Source: Verrucomicrobiales bacterium | GTDB taxonomy: Bacteria; Verrucomicrobiota; Verrucomicrobiia; Verrucomicrobiales; V1-33 | Reading direction: 5' to 3' | Assembly (NCBI GenBank): GCA_031411295.1 | Contig: JANOAV010000128.1 | Location: 1-24,212 of the forward strand | DNA length: 24,212 bases | Part shown: in pieces, positions 1 through 9,341 of the stretch | Numbering within the stretch: position 1 is the first letter of the stretch | Layout: every line of letters starts with the position of its first letter | The notes under the pieces: model-generated | The model's database searches: none | Seen by the model: only the letters and a program-made list of their open reading frames with translations | Told to the model about the DNA's origin: nothing | Position numbers and translations under genes: made by a program

Positions 1-210
1 GACACCACCAGCCACGAATTTGTTGAGCCACGTCTGGACGCAGGAGTTGGCACGGCCCACTGCCGTAGCCATCATGGCTAGGGTATAGTTACCGGTCGTG
101 GCCATGCGGGCGACGAGGAGGCGTTCCCGCTCACGGGGATCGGTGGAGGAGTCGAGCAGCGTTTGGATGCGCTCGGTTTGGTCAGTGGAAATACGGGTGC
201 GGGGTCTCAT
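1..210 (-). mobile_element. IS630-family (Tc1/mariner-like) transposase, N-terminal HTH region, truncated by the window edge
   Basis: Not in the ORF track. Reverse strand from ATG at 210 reads MRPRTRISTDQTERIQTLLDSSTDPRERERLLVARMATTGNYTLAMMATAVGRANSCVQTWLNKFVAGGV, open to position 1. The 'RERL...A..VGR...VQ.W...F..GG' pattern matches IS630 N-termini. The DDE domain is outside the window. Confidence 0.8.
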
Positions 211-218
211 GATCCCTC

Positions 219-246
219 AGTCTCCCATAGTTTAAGCTAGTGTCAA
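219..246 (-). promoter_or_regulatory. Candidate sigma70-type promoter of the transposase
   Basis: Minus strand: TTGACA (246-241), 16-nt spacer ending in TGn, GAGACT (224-219); GAGGG lies just before the ATG at 210. Confidence 0.4.
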
Positions 247-399
247 TTTAATTTACCTAATCCTACATATAAATGGTCTAAAATGCCACGAGTGAAGTAA
301 CAAGTATCCGAAGTCATTCACTCAACCGCGTCCCGCAATTGAAGGTTCAAGACGACGTTTTCCCTTGCCGATACTGGGTAAAAAGGGCTTATTTAGGAC

Positions 400-1152
400 A
401 TGTTAAAAAAAATGTTCCTTTCGACGTTGGCCAGCCTCTTAGGCTTGGGTTCCTGGGGCTTCGCTGGTGGTGCCGCGGCGGTCCCGCCAGTAAAGACTGA
501 TGAAGCATCCGCAGGCTGGGAGTGGGAGTTGTCTGCTGGCTACGACACGCATTACATTTTCCGGGGCGAGCGCTTGCAGGAAAATACCCCGTGGGGCCAA
601 ATCTCGCTGGATGTGCCGCTGGGGGAGAGCTTATCGTGGAATTTGACCCCATGGTTTCTCTATGCGCCGGATGGTGATTTCAACGAGTTCGATTTCAACA
701 GCACCCTCTCTTACAGCCTGGGGACGTATGAGTTGGCTCTCGGCTATGCCTCGTATTACTACCCGAAGGGGGCCGAGGGTGGGGGATTGGGCCGGGGTGA
801 TGAACAAGAATTTTCCCTGGGGCTGAGTCACGATTTGTGGACCCTAAATGCTTCCGTGTTGGCGGTGTATAATGTTCCGCGGGACGGTTTTTACTACGAA
901 TGCAAGCTTGAACAGCCCTACGAGATCAACGATACATTCGGATTAAAACTGGGTGCCTTGGTGGCGTTCGACAGCAACTACTTTGACTCCGGCACCAACT
1001 GGAATCATGCGCTGGCGACCTTGGAAGCACCGGTGAAATTTTCGGAGAATCTGGTCCTAACACCCTACGTGGCACTCAATATGCCCTGGGGCCACTTGGA
1101 CTATGAAAGCACGAAACTATTTGGCGGCGTGAAGTTGGCGTGGTCGTTCTAA
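400..1152 (+). CDS. TorF-family (TIGR02001-like) putative outer-membrane beta-barrel/porin
   Basis: Signal peptide; 'SAGYDTHYIFRG' first strand, 'EFDF...SY', 'GYASYYYP'; alternating beta strands; C-terminal 'GVKLAWSF' ending in Phe (BAM signal). Confidence 0.75.
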   Translation: MLKKMFLSTLASLLGLGSWGFAGGAAAVPPVKTDEASAGWEWELSAGYDTHYIFRGERLQENTPWGQISLDVPLGESLSWNLTPWFLYAPDGDFNEFDFNSTLSYSLGTYELALGYASYYYPKGAEGGGLGRGDEQEFSLGLSHDLWTLNASVLAVYNVPRDGFYYECKLEQPYEINDTFGLKLGALVAFDSNYFDSGTNWNHALATLEAPVKFSENLVLTPYVALNMPWGHLDYESTKLFGGVKLAWSF

Positions 1153-1204
1153 GGGCTGCAACTTCCGTTTGCCCGAACGTGGAATTTCTTCATCCTGACG
1201 ACCT

Positions 1205-2140
1205 ATGAGTAAAAAAGTCGTCTTACTGTTTGCTGGGCAAGGAGCCCAGGTCGTTGGCATGGGTGCGGATCTCGCGGCCCAAAGTGAATCCGTGCGGGCG
1301 TTGTTCGCGGAGGCGGATGCGTTGCTGGGAATGAATCTTTCGGCCACCATGCTGGAAGGGCCCATGGAGGAACTGACCCGGACCTCCCGCTGCCAGCCTG
1401 CGCTCTACACCCATGGCGTGGCCGTGCTGCGGTTACTCTTGGAGCGCGTGCCCCATCTGGAAATCAGCGCTGCGGCCGGCTTGTCGCTGGGGGAATTCAC
1501 CGCCCATGCCGCCGCAGGCACCTATGACTTTGCCACCGGGCTAAAGTTGGTGGCGCGGCGGGGTGCGTTCATGGAGGAAGCCTGCCTGGCCACGCAAGGT
1601 TCCATGCTGGCCATGCTAGGGGGTGAAGAATCCGCCGTGGCGCAACTGGCGCAGGATTGTGACGTGGATATGGCCAACTTCAATACCCCCGGGCAGATCG
1701 TCCTCAGCGGAGCCAAGGAGAACATTGTCAAAGCAGCAGCCTTGGCTAAAGAGCGTGGACTGCGGGGCAAAGAGCTTCCAGTGGCGGGTGCCTACCACTC
1801 GCGACTCATGGTCAGCGCGCAGGAGAAACTGGCGGTTGAGCTGGCGCAAACAGAATTGCACCCACCGAAATTTCCCGTCATCGCAAACCTGACAGCGCAG
1901 GTAGTGACCACCCCGGAGGAGATCCGTCATACCCTGGAAAATCAAGTCACTGGCTCGGTGCGCTGGGCTCAAAGCATGCAGGCGCTGCTGGACCAAGGCC
2001 ACGATTTCTTCCTGGAACTCGGCCCGGGCGGTCAGCTCGCAGGAATGCTGGGACGCATCGCCAAAGGCACCAAGGTGCTCAGCATAGCCGACATGGCATC
2101 GCTCGAAAAAGCGGTGGCCGAATTATCCCTCCATACTTAG
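1205..2140 (+). CDS. fabD: Malonyl-CoA:ACP transacylase
   Basis: FAGQGAQ N-terminal motif, QPAL, GLSLGE nucleophile elbow, ANFNTPGQIVLSG, LPVAGAYHS, VRW, ELGPG; 311 aa. Confidence 0.96.
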   Translation: MSKKVVLLFAGQGAQVVGMGADLAAQSESVRALFAEADALLGMNLSATMLEGPMEELTRTSRCQPALYTHGVAVLRLLLERVPHLEISAAAGLSLGEFTAHAAAGTYDFATGLKLVARRGAFMEEACLATQGSMLAMLGGEESAVAQLAQDCDVDMANFNTPGQIVLSGAKENIVKAAALAKERGLRGKELPVAGAYHSRLMVSAQEKLAVELAQTELHPPKFPVIANLTAQVVTTPEEIRHTLENQVTGSVRWAQSMQALLDQGHDFFLELGPGGQLAGMLGRIAKGTKVLSIADMASLEKAVAELSLHT

Positions 2141-2149
2141 CTTAATACC

Positions 2150-5100
2150 ATGAAAACGTTCAGTATCCTTTTTTGCCTGCAATGTTTTGTCGCCATCGTT
2201 TCCGCAACGGTGGTCTCTTGGGATGGCAGCACCAGCGGTGACTGGACGACGGGGGCGAATTGGGTTGGCAACGCCGCTCCTATGGCTGGGGATGATCTGT
2301 TCTTTGGCACCCCCGCAGTTGGTGGAACGAAGGTAATGAACAACAATTTTCCCACGGGGACGGATTTCGCTTCGCTCCAATTCACTGCCGGCAACTACAC
2401 CCTGTCGGGCAATCGGATCGATCTCACCACTAGCGGCGTGAAAAATCTGATCCTGAACGGGAACGTCACCATCAATGCCCCGCTGCTCATCCGACTTGTG
2501 AATCAAACCTTCGATGCCCCGGGCGCGTCGGCCAGCCTGACTTACGGAGGCACCATCAGCACCAACGCTCTGCAACTCACGTTCCAAGGCGCGGGCACCC
2601 ACATCGTGAATAGTAGTATCACGGGCAGCGGATCTGTGCTGAAGCGTGAAACGGGCACCCTTCGCCTGCTCGGCACTAACACCCCGAGCGGCGGCACCAC
2701 GGTGGACAATGGCATCTTGGATCTGCGTGGCTCCCTAGGTGGGGGAGACGTGTTCGTGGCCCTGGTTGGGCAGCTCGTTGGTGATGGCACCGTAACCTCT
2801 AACGTTGCCGTGGTCGGGGAGCTTGCTCCGGGTGTGGGTTCCACCTTGGGAGACCTGGCCATCAATGGAAATCTTACTTTTGCGGGAACTGGCAGTCGGA
2901 TTGCGGTGTTTGATGCAGGTGAAGCTGGGGCGGTGGATGCGGATTCCTTGGTGGTCGGGGGCAGTGTCACCTTGGCGGGGGCTAACTGCACCCTCAATGT
3001 GCAACCGGGGTTTGTGCCCACCGTGGGCAAAGTGCTAACGCTGATCAACAAAACGAGCACGGGTGCCATCAGCGGAACCTTTGGCGGCATCGCTCAAGCT
3101 GCGGAGTTAGTGATCAGCGGCATCCGTTTCCGCTTTAGTTATACCGGTGGGGACGGGAATGATTTCACTGCGACCGTCGTCCCTTCCACTCCCAGCGGCA
3201 TTACCAGAACCTGGTCAGGCGCCGGGGCGAATAATAAATGGAGCAATTCTGCCAATTGGACGAGTGGGGTGGTTCCGCAGAGTGGAGATTCGTTAGTGTT
3301 TCCTCTCGGATTGACCACGGATCGACGGGACGCTGACAATGACATGGGATCGCAAATCGTTTCGCTACATAACATTACCATTAGCCAGGGTGCCTATGTT
3401 ATTACGGGTCAGTCGTTGGCTATGACCGGTGACTTCACGGTGGATGCGATCACTGGAACCATCTCGTGGGATCCGCCGCTGGAAGTGTTTGGCGGTCGAG
3501 CAATCCTGACTGATGGTGCTGCGCTGGCATTAAATGGAGCCTTGACCTTGACGCTGGCAGATCTCGAGCTGGGCTGTCGCAGCACCACCACTGGTCGCAT
3601 CCAAGTAAATGGTGGCATCGTGGGCACAGGCAGTGTGACCACCAGCAGTAGTCTCGGAGTCGGCACGGTGGACTTTGCTGGCACGGTTCCCAATACCTAT
3701 TCCGGCGTCACCACGGTGCTTTCTGGCACACTTCTGCTCAATCATGCGGTCTCCATTCCACACGATCTGATCGCACCATCCGGGGGAGTTATTGTTAATA
3801 CTGCGGCCTCCATTCCAGATAACGCCGCCGTTACCCTGAACACTGGCGCGGTGCTGACCCTGAATCAAAATGAAACCATCGGCGCGCTCGCGCTGACCGG
3901 CGGGAGGGTGATAACTAACGCCTTTGCCCTCACCATTTCCGGCCTGCTTAGTGCCCGGGGCGGAGATCGTATTGGCGGCTCGGTCAATCAATTCAATCAT
4001 CTGCGGGGAAACATCATCTTGAGCGACTCTGCTCCCAGCATCGTGATTGGCCCAGAGCCGGAAGCTGCGCTCTGGATCATCGGAACGTTGTCGGCCACCA
4101 GCAGTCCAGGCAATGCGAGTAAGACGGGACCGGGGGATTTGGTGTTGGATTTACAAAACGCGGGGTCCCCGCTTGGCGTCAATTGCGCGGAAGGCGGCAT
4201 TACGCTGTTTGGGCTCAACCCTTCCAACAACGCGCTCTTGATCAATGCCAGCGCCCGGCTGGAGGGTTCCGGCACGATTGGCAGCCTGAGTGTCGGCAGC
4301 GGGTTCGTGACGCCCGAGTTTTTCAATCAAAATCCCTTTGATAGCGAAGGCGTGATCAGTTGCTCCAGCTTGGCACTCACCTCCGCCAGCACATTGGAGC
4401 TTCAGCTAGGAATGACCAATGGCAGTGTGGTCTTCCAAGATTCTCTGGACGTGACCGGGGCCGTCAGCCTGGGGTCAGCTACGCTGAAGCTCATTAACGC
4501 TGGCGACCGCGCCATACCCGAAGGAACGGTTGTGACGCTTCTAAATAAAGGTGGTGCCGGTGCCATCAGCGGCACGTTTGCTGGCAAGGCCGAAGGCAGC
4601 CGGGTCATCACCCGGGCTAATCATTTCATTTTGAGCTACGTTGGTGGCACCGGAAATGACATCACCCTAACCGCCGTGCGACCCACAGTTGGCCCCACCG
4701 TCACTTGGGATGGCGAGGGCGATCTCCTGCCCGGACTCTGCTGGTGCGATGGAATTTCCTGGGCCGGCAATGTGGCCCCCGTGCCCGGTTCCTCCTTGGT
4801 GTTTCCGGATACTGTTCCAAACCTTCCCTACAACCGCACTGCCCGCTTCGGTTTCGAGAGTGGTGTGAAAATGAACAGCATCTCCCTCACAGGAGGGGGC
4901 TACACCTTCGACTTCCCAACTTCTGGCGTGGACAATTTCTTCCTGATGAGTGGTTTGACGGACAATCACAGCGGAGCCTTTAATCGTTTTGCCGACATGA
5001 TCAGTTTGGATGCTGCGCAAGATTTCAAAGTCCTCGGCACCGGAGCCCTGCAATTGGAAGGAGGCGTGGATACCAAGGGGTTTCTCCTAACCACAGAAGT

Positions 5101-6499
5101 GACTCAATCCGCCCTGACTCCGCGACTCAGCATTGGGCAAATCATCGGTGGAGGCGCTGTAGTCAAACAAGGGGCCGGTGGGATTGAGTTCATCGGTTCG
5201 ACTGACAACGACACGGGCACCATCGAGTGGATCGCTGGGGAACTGCGCTTGTCCAAGGCCGATGGAATCAATGCCATGGGAGCCGGCAAGACCCTGCTGG
5301 TTGGCTTTGCCAACGGCCCCATCCCAGCCAAAGTCACGATGACCAGCGCCAATCAATTGCCGGATAATACCTTGGTGGATATTCGAGAGAACGGGCGCTT
5401 GGAAGTCTCCCGGCCGGAGACGATTGGCACGCTGGTATCCCTCGGAGGCGAGCTGCATCTCACCTCCGCTCTGACCGTCGCAGGTGCGGCGCCTAATTTT
5501 TCCGCTAGCACTATTTTACCTGCGGGCACCACTACCTTCCGGATCACCGGAAATGGCACCATTGCCAGAAACAGTTTCTTCCTTTGGGAGGTCCAGGCTG
5601 GGACCACCGTGGATGTGGGCAGCGGAATCACGCTGCAACCAGCTGCCGGGCAGTCGGCTGGCATTGCCGGACCTGGCACCACCATACTGCGCGGCGGCTA
5701 TAATTTACCCAATGGTATTGCAGTGGGCGTGAACTCGTCCATCGCTGCTCGTCGGCTCGCGCTGGTGCGCATGGACGGCAGTTCCCCTAACACCCCGATC
5801 TTGCTTCAGGGAGGCACCCTCCAAGGAATTGGTAGCTTCGGGGAGATCCGCGGATCCTCGCTCGGCGGACGCATCCATCCAGATGATCTGGGCAACGTTG
5901 GGGATGAGCTTTTTGCTAGTGGATTGCGCTTAAACGTCGGTGGCACTAGCACGCTACTAGATCTCGACATCGGGCGGTTTACTGAAGGCTTGGGCGAACC
6001 GGAAAGCGATAGCATTCAGACCTCCGGCATCGTCGAGCTAGGCAACGCCCTGCCCCGCCTCCGTTTCAAAACTGGATACTTGCCTGTCGCAGGTGATTCG
6101 TTCCTTATCATCTCCAAAACGAGTCTCGGCCCCGTCACCCAGCCATTCCTAGGCTTACCAGAAGGCAGCACCTTCGTGGCGGGTGCAGCTAGATTCAGCA
6201 TTACCTATGTGGGCGGAAACGGTAACGATATCGTCCTCACCAGCTTGGGAGCCCCAAATTTCAAAATCACCTCGCTGACTCTAGGTGCAGCCAGCGGAGG
6301 TCCGGGCAGCCCCGGTAAGACCGTCACGTTCACCGCCCTCGGCTTGCCTGGAGCCACTCACCAGCTTGCTGCTTCCGGCAACCTCATCGACTGGACCGTC
6401 ATCGCTGACGTGATCGCAGATGCCAACGGTCTCCTCACTGCCACCGTCAATGACCCCGCCGCTACCGGTCCCAAGCGTTTCTACCGTTTGCAATACTAG
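2150..6499 (+). CDS. Large secreted/surface beta-helix protein with autotransporter-associated beta-strand (passenger) repeats, three tandem modules
   Basis: Signal peptide; repeats such as 'GSGSVLKRETGTLRLLGTNTPSGGTTVDNGILDL' and 'NTYSGVTTVLSGTLLL'. Three modules each begin W-x-G...W...W...P..G..L.F and end SY/TY-x-GG-x-GND. C-terminal 'ASGNLIDW...KRFYRLQY' domain; no beta-barrel translocator. Confidence 0.85.
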   Translation: MKTFSILFCLQCFVAIVSATVVSWDGSTSGDWTTGANWVGNAAPMAGDDLFFGTPAVGGTKVMNNNFPTGTDFASLQFTAGNYTLSGNRIDLTTSGVKNLILNGNVTINAPLLIRLVNQTFDAPGASASLTYGGTISTNALQLTFQGAGTHIVNSSITGSGSVLKRETGTLRLLGTNTPSGGTTVDNGILDLRGSLGGGDVFVALVGQLVGDGTVTSNVAVVGELAPGVGSTLGDLAINGNLTFAGTGSRIAVFDAGEAGAVDADSLVVGGSVTLAGANCTLNVQPGFVPTVGKVLTLINKTSTGAISGTFGGIAQAAELVISGIRFRFSYTGGDGNDFTATVVPSTPSGITRTWSGAGANNKWSNSANWTSGVVPQSGDSLVFPLGLTTDRRDADNDMGSQIVSLHNITISQGAYVITGQSLAMTGDFTVDAITGTISWDPPLEVFGGRAILTDGAALALNGALTLTLADLELGCRSTTTGRIQVNGGIVGTGSVTTSSSLGVGTVDFAGTVPNTYSGVTTVLSGTLLLNHAVSIPHDLIAPSGGVIVNTAASIPDNAAVTLNTGAVLTLNQNETIGALALTGGRVITNAFALTISGLLSARGGDRIGGSVNQFNHLRGNIILSDSAPSIVIGPEPEAALWIIGTLSATSSPGNASKTGPGDLVLDLQNAGSPLGVNCAEGGITLFGLNPSNNALLINASARLEGSGTIGSLSVGSGFVTPEFFNQNPFDSEGVISCSSLALTSASTLELQLGMTNGSVVFQDSLDVTGAVSLGSATLKLINAGDRAIPEGTVVTLLNKGGAGAISGTFAGKAEGSRVITRANHFILSYVGGTGNDITLTAVRPTVGPTVTWDGEGDLLPGLCWCDGISWAGNVAPVPGSSLVFPDTVPNLPYNRTARFGFESGVKMNSISLTGGGYTFDFPTSGVDNFFLMSGLTDNHSGAFNRFADMISLDAAQDFKVLGTGALQLEGGVDTKGFLLTTEVTQSALTPRLSIGQIIGGGAVVKQGAGGIEFIGSTDNDTGTIEWIAGELRLSKADGINAMGAGKTLLVGFANGPIPAKVTMTSANQLPDNTLVDIRENGRLEVSRPETIGTLVSLGGELHLTSALTVAGAAPNFSASTILPAGTTTFRITGNGTIARNSFFLWEVQAGTTVDVGSGITLQPAAGQSAGIAGPGTTILRGGYNLPNGIAVGVNSSIAARRLALVRMDGSSPNTPILLQGGTLQGIGSFGEIRGSSLGGRIHPDDLGNVGDELFASGLRLNVGGTSTLLDLDIGRFTEGLGEPESDSIQTSGIVELGNALPRLRFKTGYLPVAGDSFLIISKTSLGPVTQPFLGLPEGSTFVAGAARFSITYVGGNGNDIVLTSLGAPNFKITSLTLGAASGGPGSPGKTVTFTALGLPGATHQLAASGNLIDWTVIADVIADANGLLTATVNDPAATGPKRFYRLQY

Positions 6500-6513
6500 C
6501 TGAATTTCGGAAA

Positions 6514-7383
6514 TTATGGCAGTGGCTGCACGGCCGCCACCCGGAAGAAGCGGCTGGCTGCGGCGGTTCCGGGAGTCACGGTGCGGGTGGCGGTGCCTCC
6601 AGCAGCGGGCGTAAAGGTTCCCAGCGCGGAGTCCGTCCACAGGCCGAGCAAATCAGTATCGAATTCCACCCGATAGTTCCGTGTCGGAACCATGGTCCAC
6701 GTGAGGGTGGCTTGGGTGAAATTCGCGTTATAGGTTTGATCGGTGATTTTCAGTTTGGAGGCGGGGTCCAGCGGATCGGTGCCAGCTTGGTATTCGGCCC
6801 GATCACTGGCACCGTCGCCATCCTTGTCAGAAGTGGCAGTGGCGAGGGTGAGGTTGGCGAAATACCACCGCTCCCAAGGATCGGGAATGCCATCGGCATC
6901 GCTGTCAGGGCGACTGATCGTTGTGGTGGCGAGGTCACTGAGCGTCGTGTCCAAGGCAATCCAGCCCAGGTTGGCGGAGTAGGCGGATCCCGTGAACTGG
7001 CCGGTGAGCAGGTTGAGCTTGGGCTGTCCCTGAGTTTGCTCGAACTGGATCCAACCGATATTCGCGGCATAGGCGTAACCGGTCAGGTTGCCACTCAGCG
7101 AGAGGTTCACGCCATAGTTGGTCGCGGTGGTATTGGCGTAAGTGGAACCGTTGGCCGGAGCGCCATCGCCCAAGTGAATCCAACCGAAATTGGCCGCATA
7201 AGCATACCCAGCCAGGAACGAATCCGTGACGCGCACTCCGTTGGCGGAAGTGGCAGGCGCAAGATTCCAATCAATCCATCCGGCATTCGCGGCATAGGCG
7301 TAGCGATTCGTGGCGCTGATAGTCGTCTGCGCGGACGCGCACACGGTGAGCAGGGAGAGGACGAGCAGCGGGTTTTGTTTCAT
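6514..7383 (-). CDS. Secreted hypothetical protein with four GYAYAANxGWI repeats, Asp-rich Ca-binding-like motifs and a C-terminal 'DL..W...RFFRV' domain
   Basis: ATG at 7383 gives MKQNPLLVLSLLTVCASA signal peptide (the track's TTG at 7401 is less likely). Repeats RYAYAANAGWI, GYAYAANFGWI, GYAYAANIGWI, GSAYSANLGWI; DSDADGIPDPWE and DKDGDGASDRAEY..GTDP motifs. Confidence 0.85.
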   Translation of the reverse strand: MKQNPLLVLSLLTVCASAQTTISATNRYAYAANAGWIDWNLAPATSANGVRVTDSFLAGYAYAANFGWIHLGDGAPANGSTYANTTATNYGVNLSLSGNLTGYAYAANIGWIQFEQTQGQPKLNLLTGQFTGSAYSANLGWIALDTTLSDLATTTISRPDSDADGIPDPWERWYFANLTLATATSDKDGDGASDRAEYQAGTDPLDPASKLKITDQTYNANFTQATLTWTMVPTRNYRVEFDTDLLGLWTDSALGTFTPAAGGTATRTVTPGTAAASRFFRVAAVQPLP

Positions 7384-7445
7384 GGTAGGATGATCTATCA
7401 AGGGCCAGAGTGCTCTGGGCGGTTTGCGGAGACTGAAGGGCCCCG

Positions 7446-8555
7446 CTATTGGCTGCTCTGAAAATATTCTTTCTCGAGCCGCAGGTTGTCCTTGTTGATC
7501 AAGTCAACATGCTGCGCCTCCATTTGCAACTGTAACTGTGTCTGCTCAGGAGTAGTGTCATATTCAAATGGACTACTGTCAGCCAGCAACGTCTTCGCGG
7601 CCCAGATGCCAGCCATGATTTTAACTGCGGGAAGAATGTTGTCCTGCGTGATCTGTCTGGCTTTCTGATCCTGCCGGAACTTATCGTCGTCTTTTGCCTG
7701 CTTGGCGACGGCTAACTGTTCCAGAGTCTTATCTTTGAGCTTCTGCTGGATCGCAGCTTTCATAACCCCTTCAATTTCCTTGGCCTCCTGTAACTTGGCG
7801 AGCCCCTCCTTGGTTAATTGCGACTTGTTAGCCTTGATCACCCCACGATTGGTCAGCAAGGTCAGTTGGTCGCCCGCTTCCTCCAGAATTTTGACCCCCT
7901 TCTCTTGATTCACTCCAATGATTAGTGCGTCCACATAGGTGCTGAGCAATTGCTGGAACTCATCGGTTTTCATCAGTTCGGGATTCAACGTGGCAAAGAA
8001 TTGCAGTGTCTGGAGTGTAAATCCGTCGACAAATGCCGGGCGCGGTCCGCTGCCGTTTTCGCTCGAGAAAACCAACCGTCCCTCCTTGAGATACAGCGGT
8101 CGCACGTCCTTGTAGGTAATGCCCAAGTATTTAACCTCGGGGATGGAAGGCGGTTTGGGGGCCACCGTTGGATGCACCAGTTCTTTCTTCAGCCAGTTCA
8201 GTCTGGGTGTCAGTATCGGGGCTGACTTCGGGTAGGCTTTGGCAAACTTCTCCATCTCATCAATCGTGCCCTGCGAGATCGGTTTGCCAAAATCCAGGCG
8301 GACCGTGTTTTTCAAAAAGCCGCTCGTTTCCCCACCTTTTAAAAATTGGATTCTGTAGGTGGGCGCGGAGGCTTTAAAGGAACTATACTGATATGCCGTT
8401 CCATCCTTCCAATCCACCACGTTATCCGGCTTAATGACCACAATGCCCGCCGCCTCAGGGTCCACGCCCGGGGCTACCGAGACTTTTTGGGGTTTATTCT
8501 CAGCACTCAAGTGTAAAACCAAAATCAATTGAAAGAATAGTTGCAGCATTTTCAT
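7446..8555 (-). CDS. Hypothetical secreted, Lys-rich protein (369 aa)
   Basis: Long ATG-initiated ORF with a signal-peptide-like N-terminus and a coiled-coil-like C-terminal half; upstream promoter candidate; no recognisable family motif. Confidence 0.75.
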   Translation of the reverse strand: MKMLQLFFQLILVLHLSAENKPQKVSVAPGVDPEAAGIVVIKPDNVVDWKDGTAYQYSSFKASAPTYRIQFLKGGETSGFLKNTVRLDFGKPISQGTIDEMEKFAKAYPKSAPILTPRLNWLKKELVHPTVAPKPPSIPEVKYLGITYKDVRPLYLKEGRLVFSSENGSGPRPAFVDGFTLQTLQFFATLNPELMKTDEFQQLLSTYVDALIIGVNQEKGVKILEEAGDQLTLLTNRGVIKANKSQLTKEGLAKLQEAKEIEGVMKAAIQQKLKDKTLEQLAVAKQAKDDDKFRQDQKARQITQDNILPAVKIMAGIWAAKTLLADSSPFEYDTTPEQTQLQLQMEAQHVDLINKDNLRLEKEYFQSSQ

Positions 8556-8592
8556 GTGGTATTAAGTGGAAGCCATCAGAACCAATGGTCTG

Positions 8593-8620
8593 ATCCTATG
8601 CGATAAAGTGATCGTGTCAA
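8593..8620 (-). promoter_or_regulatory. Candidate sigma70 promoter for the 8555..7446 gene
   Basis: Minus strand TTGACA (8620-8615), N16, TAGGAT (8598-8593), ending 38 nt upstream of the ATG. Confidence 0.55.
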
Positions 8621-8819
8621 GTGAACGCACAAAGACCACAGCAGTAATGGATTAGCGACTTGACAGGCTCGCGAAACTTAAAAATTGGAACAGAAGGTCG
8701 CATAGGAAACGAAGCTTCGGTTGGGCGCTACAAATACTTTCGTCTAAAGGGCGCGCCACGGGTGATTTGTTGATAGCGCTACGCGTGGCTGGCGGTTCAT
8801 CTTACGGTATTTTAGCACT

Positions 8820-9341
8820 TCAGCCTGGGACCGCCTGATTTTGCAGCAAGAGGCAGACTTCCTCCACTTGGCTGCCGCCCAGTTCAACTACCTTGTGGCT
8901 TGATTCCATAAGCGAGAAACCAAACCGTTGGTAGAAATCGAGTCCGCGATGATTGTGGGAAAGAACCCATAGTGAGACTGTTGCATAACTGGAAGCGCTT
9001 AGCTCCTGCGCAGCTCTCGTCATGAGCGCAAAGCCAACGCCTTGGCCCCACGAATCGGGATCGGCATAGAGCGCCCAGATTTCCCCTTGTTCCGCTGGCG
9101 CGCCTTCATCGCGGCAGGGACCGTAGCTGACAAAGCCAACGATAACACCATTGCGCTCGGCAATCAACGTAACCGACTCCTGCTTCTGAAGGATGTCCTG
9201 CCATCGTTTTGCCCGATCATTGATGGACAGGCCGTCAAGAAACGCTTGCTCCAAGATACCTTTGTAAGCGGATTGCCAGGAACGGATGTGAACACTAGCA
9301 ATTCCGAGGGCATGATCAGTCGTGGCACGAAGGATTTTCAT
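8820..9341 (-). CDS. GNAT-family N-acetyltransferase
   Basis: 'IASVHIRSWQSAYKGI' N-terminus, 'GEIWALYADPDSWGQGVGFALM' acetyl-CoA-binding motif A, 'LWVLSHNHRGLDFYQRFGF' motif B. Confidence 0.93.
   Translation of the reverse strand: MKILRATTDHALGIASVHIRSWQSAYKGILEQAFLDGLSINDRAKRWQDILQKQESVTLIAERNGVIVGFVSYGPCRDEGAPAEQGEIWALYADPDSWGQGVGFALMTRAAQELSASSYATVSLWVLSHNHRGLDFYQRFGFSLMESSHKVVELGGSQVEEVCLLLQNQAVPG

Noticed and set aside
1475..1500. FabD nucleophile motif GLSLG instead of GHSxG
   Set aside because: The catalytic Ser is retained and this variant is known among FabD proteins, so it is not evidence of altered function.
6712..7461. 249-aa + strand ORF
   Set aside because: Antisense shadow of the repeat protein, which has a signal peptide and clear motifs.
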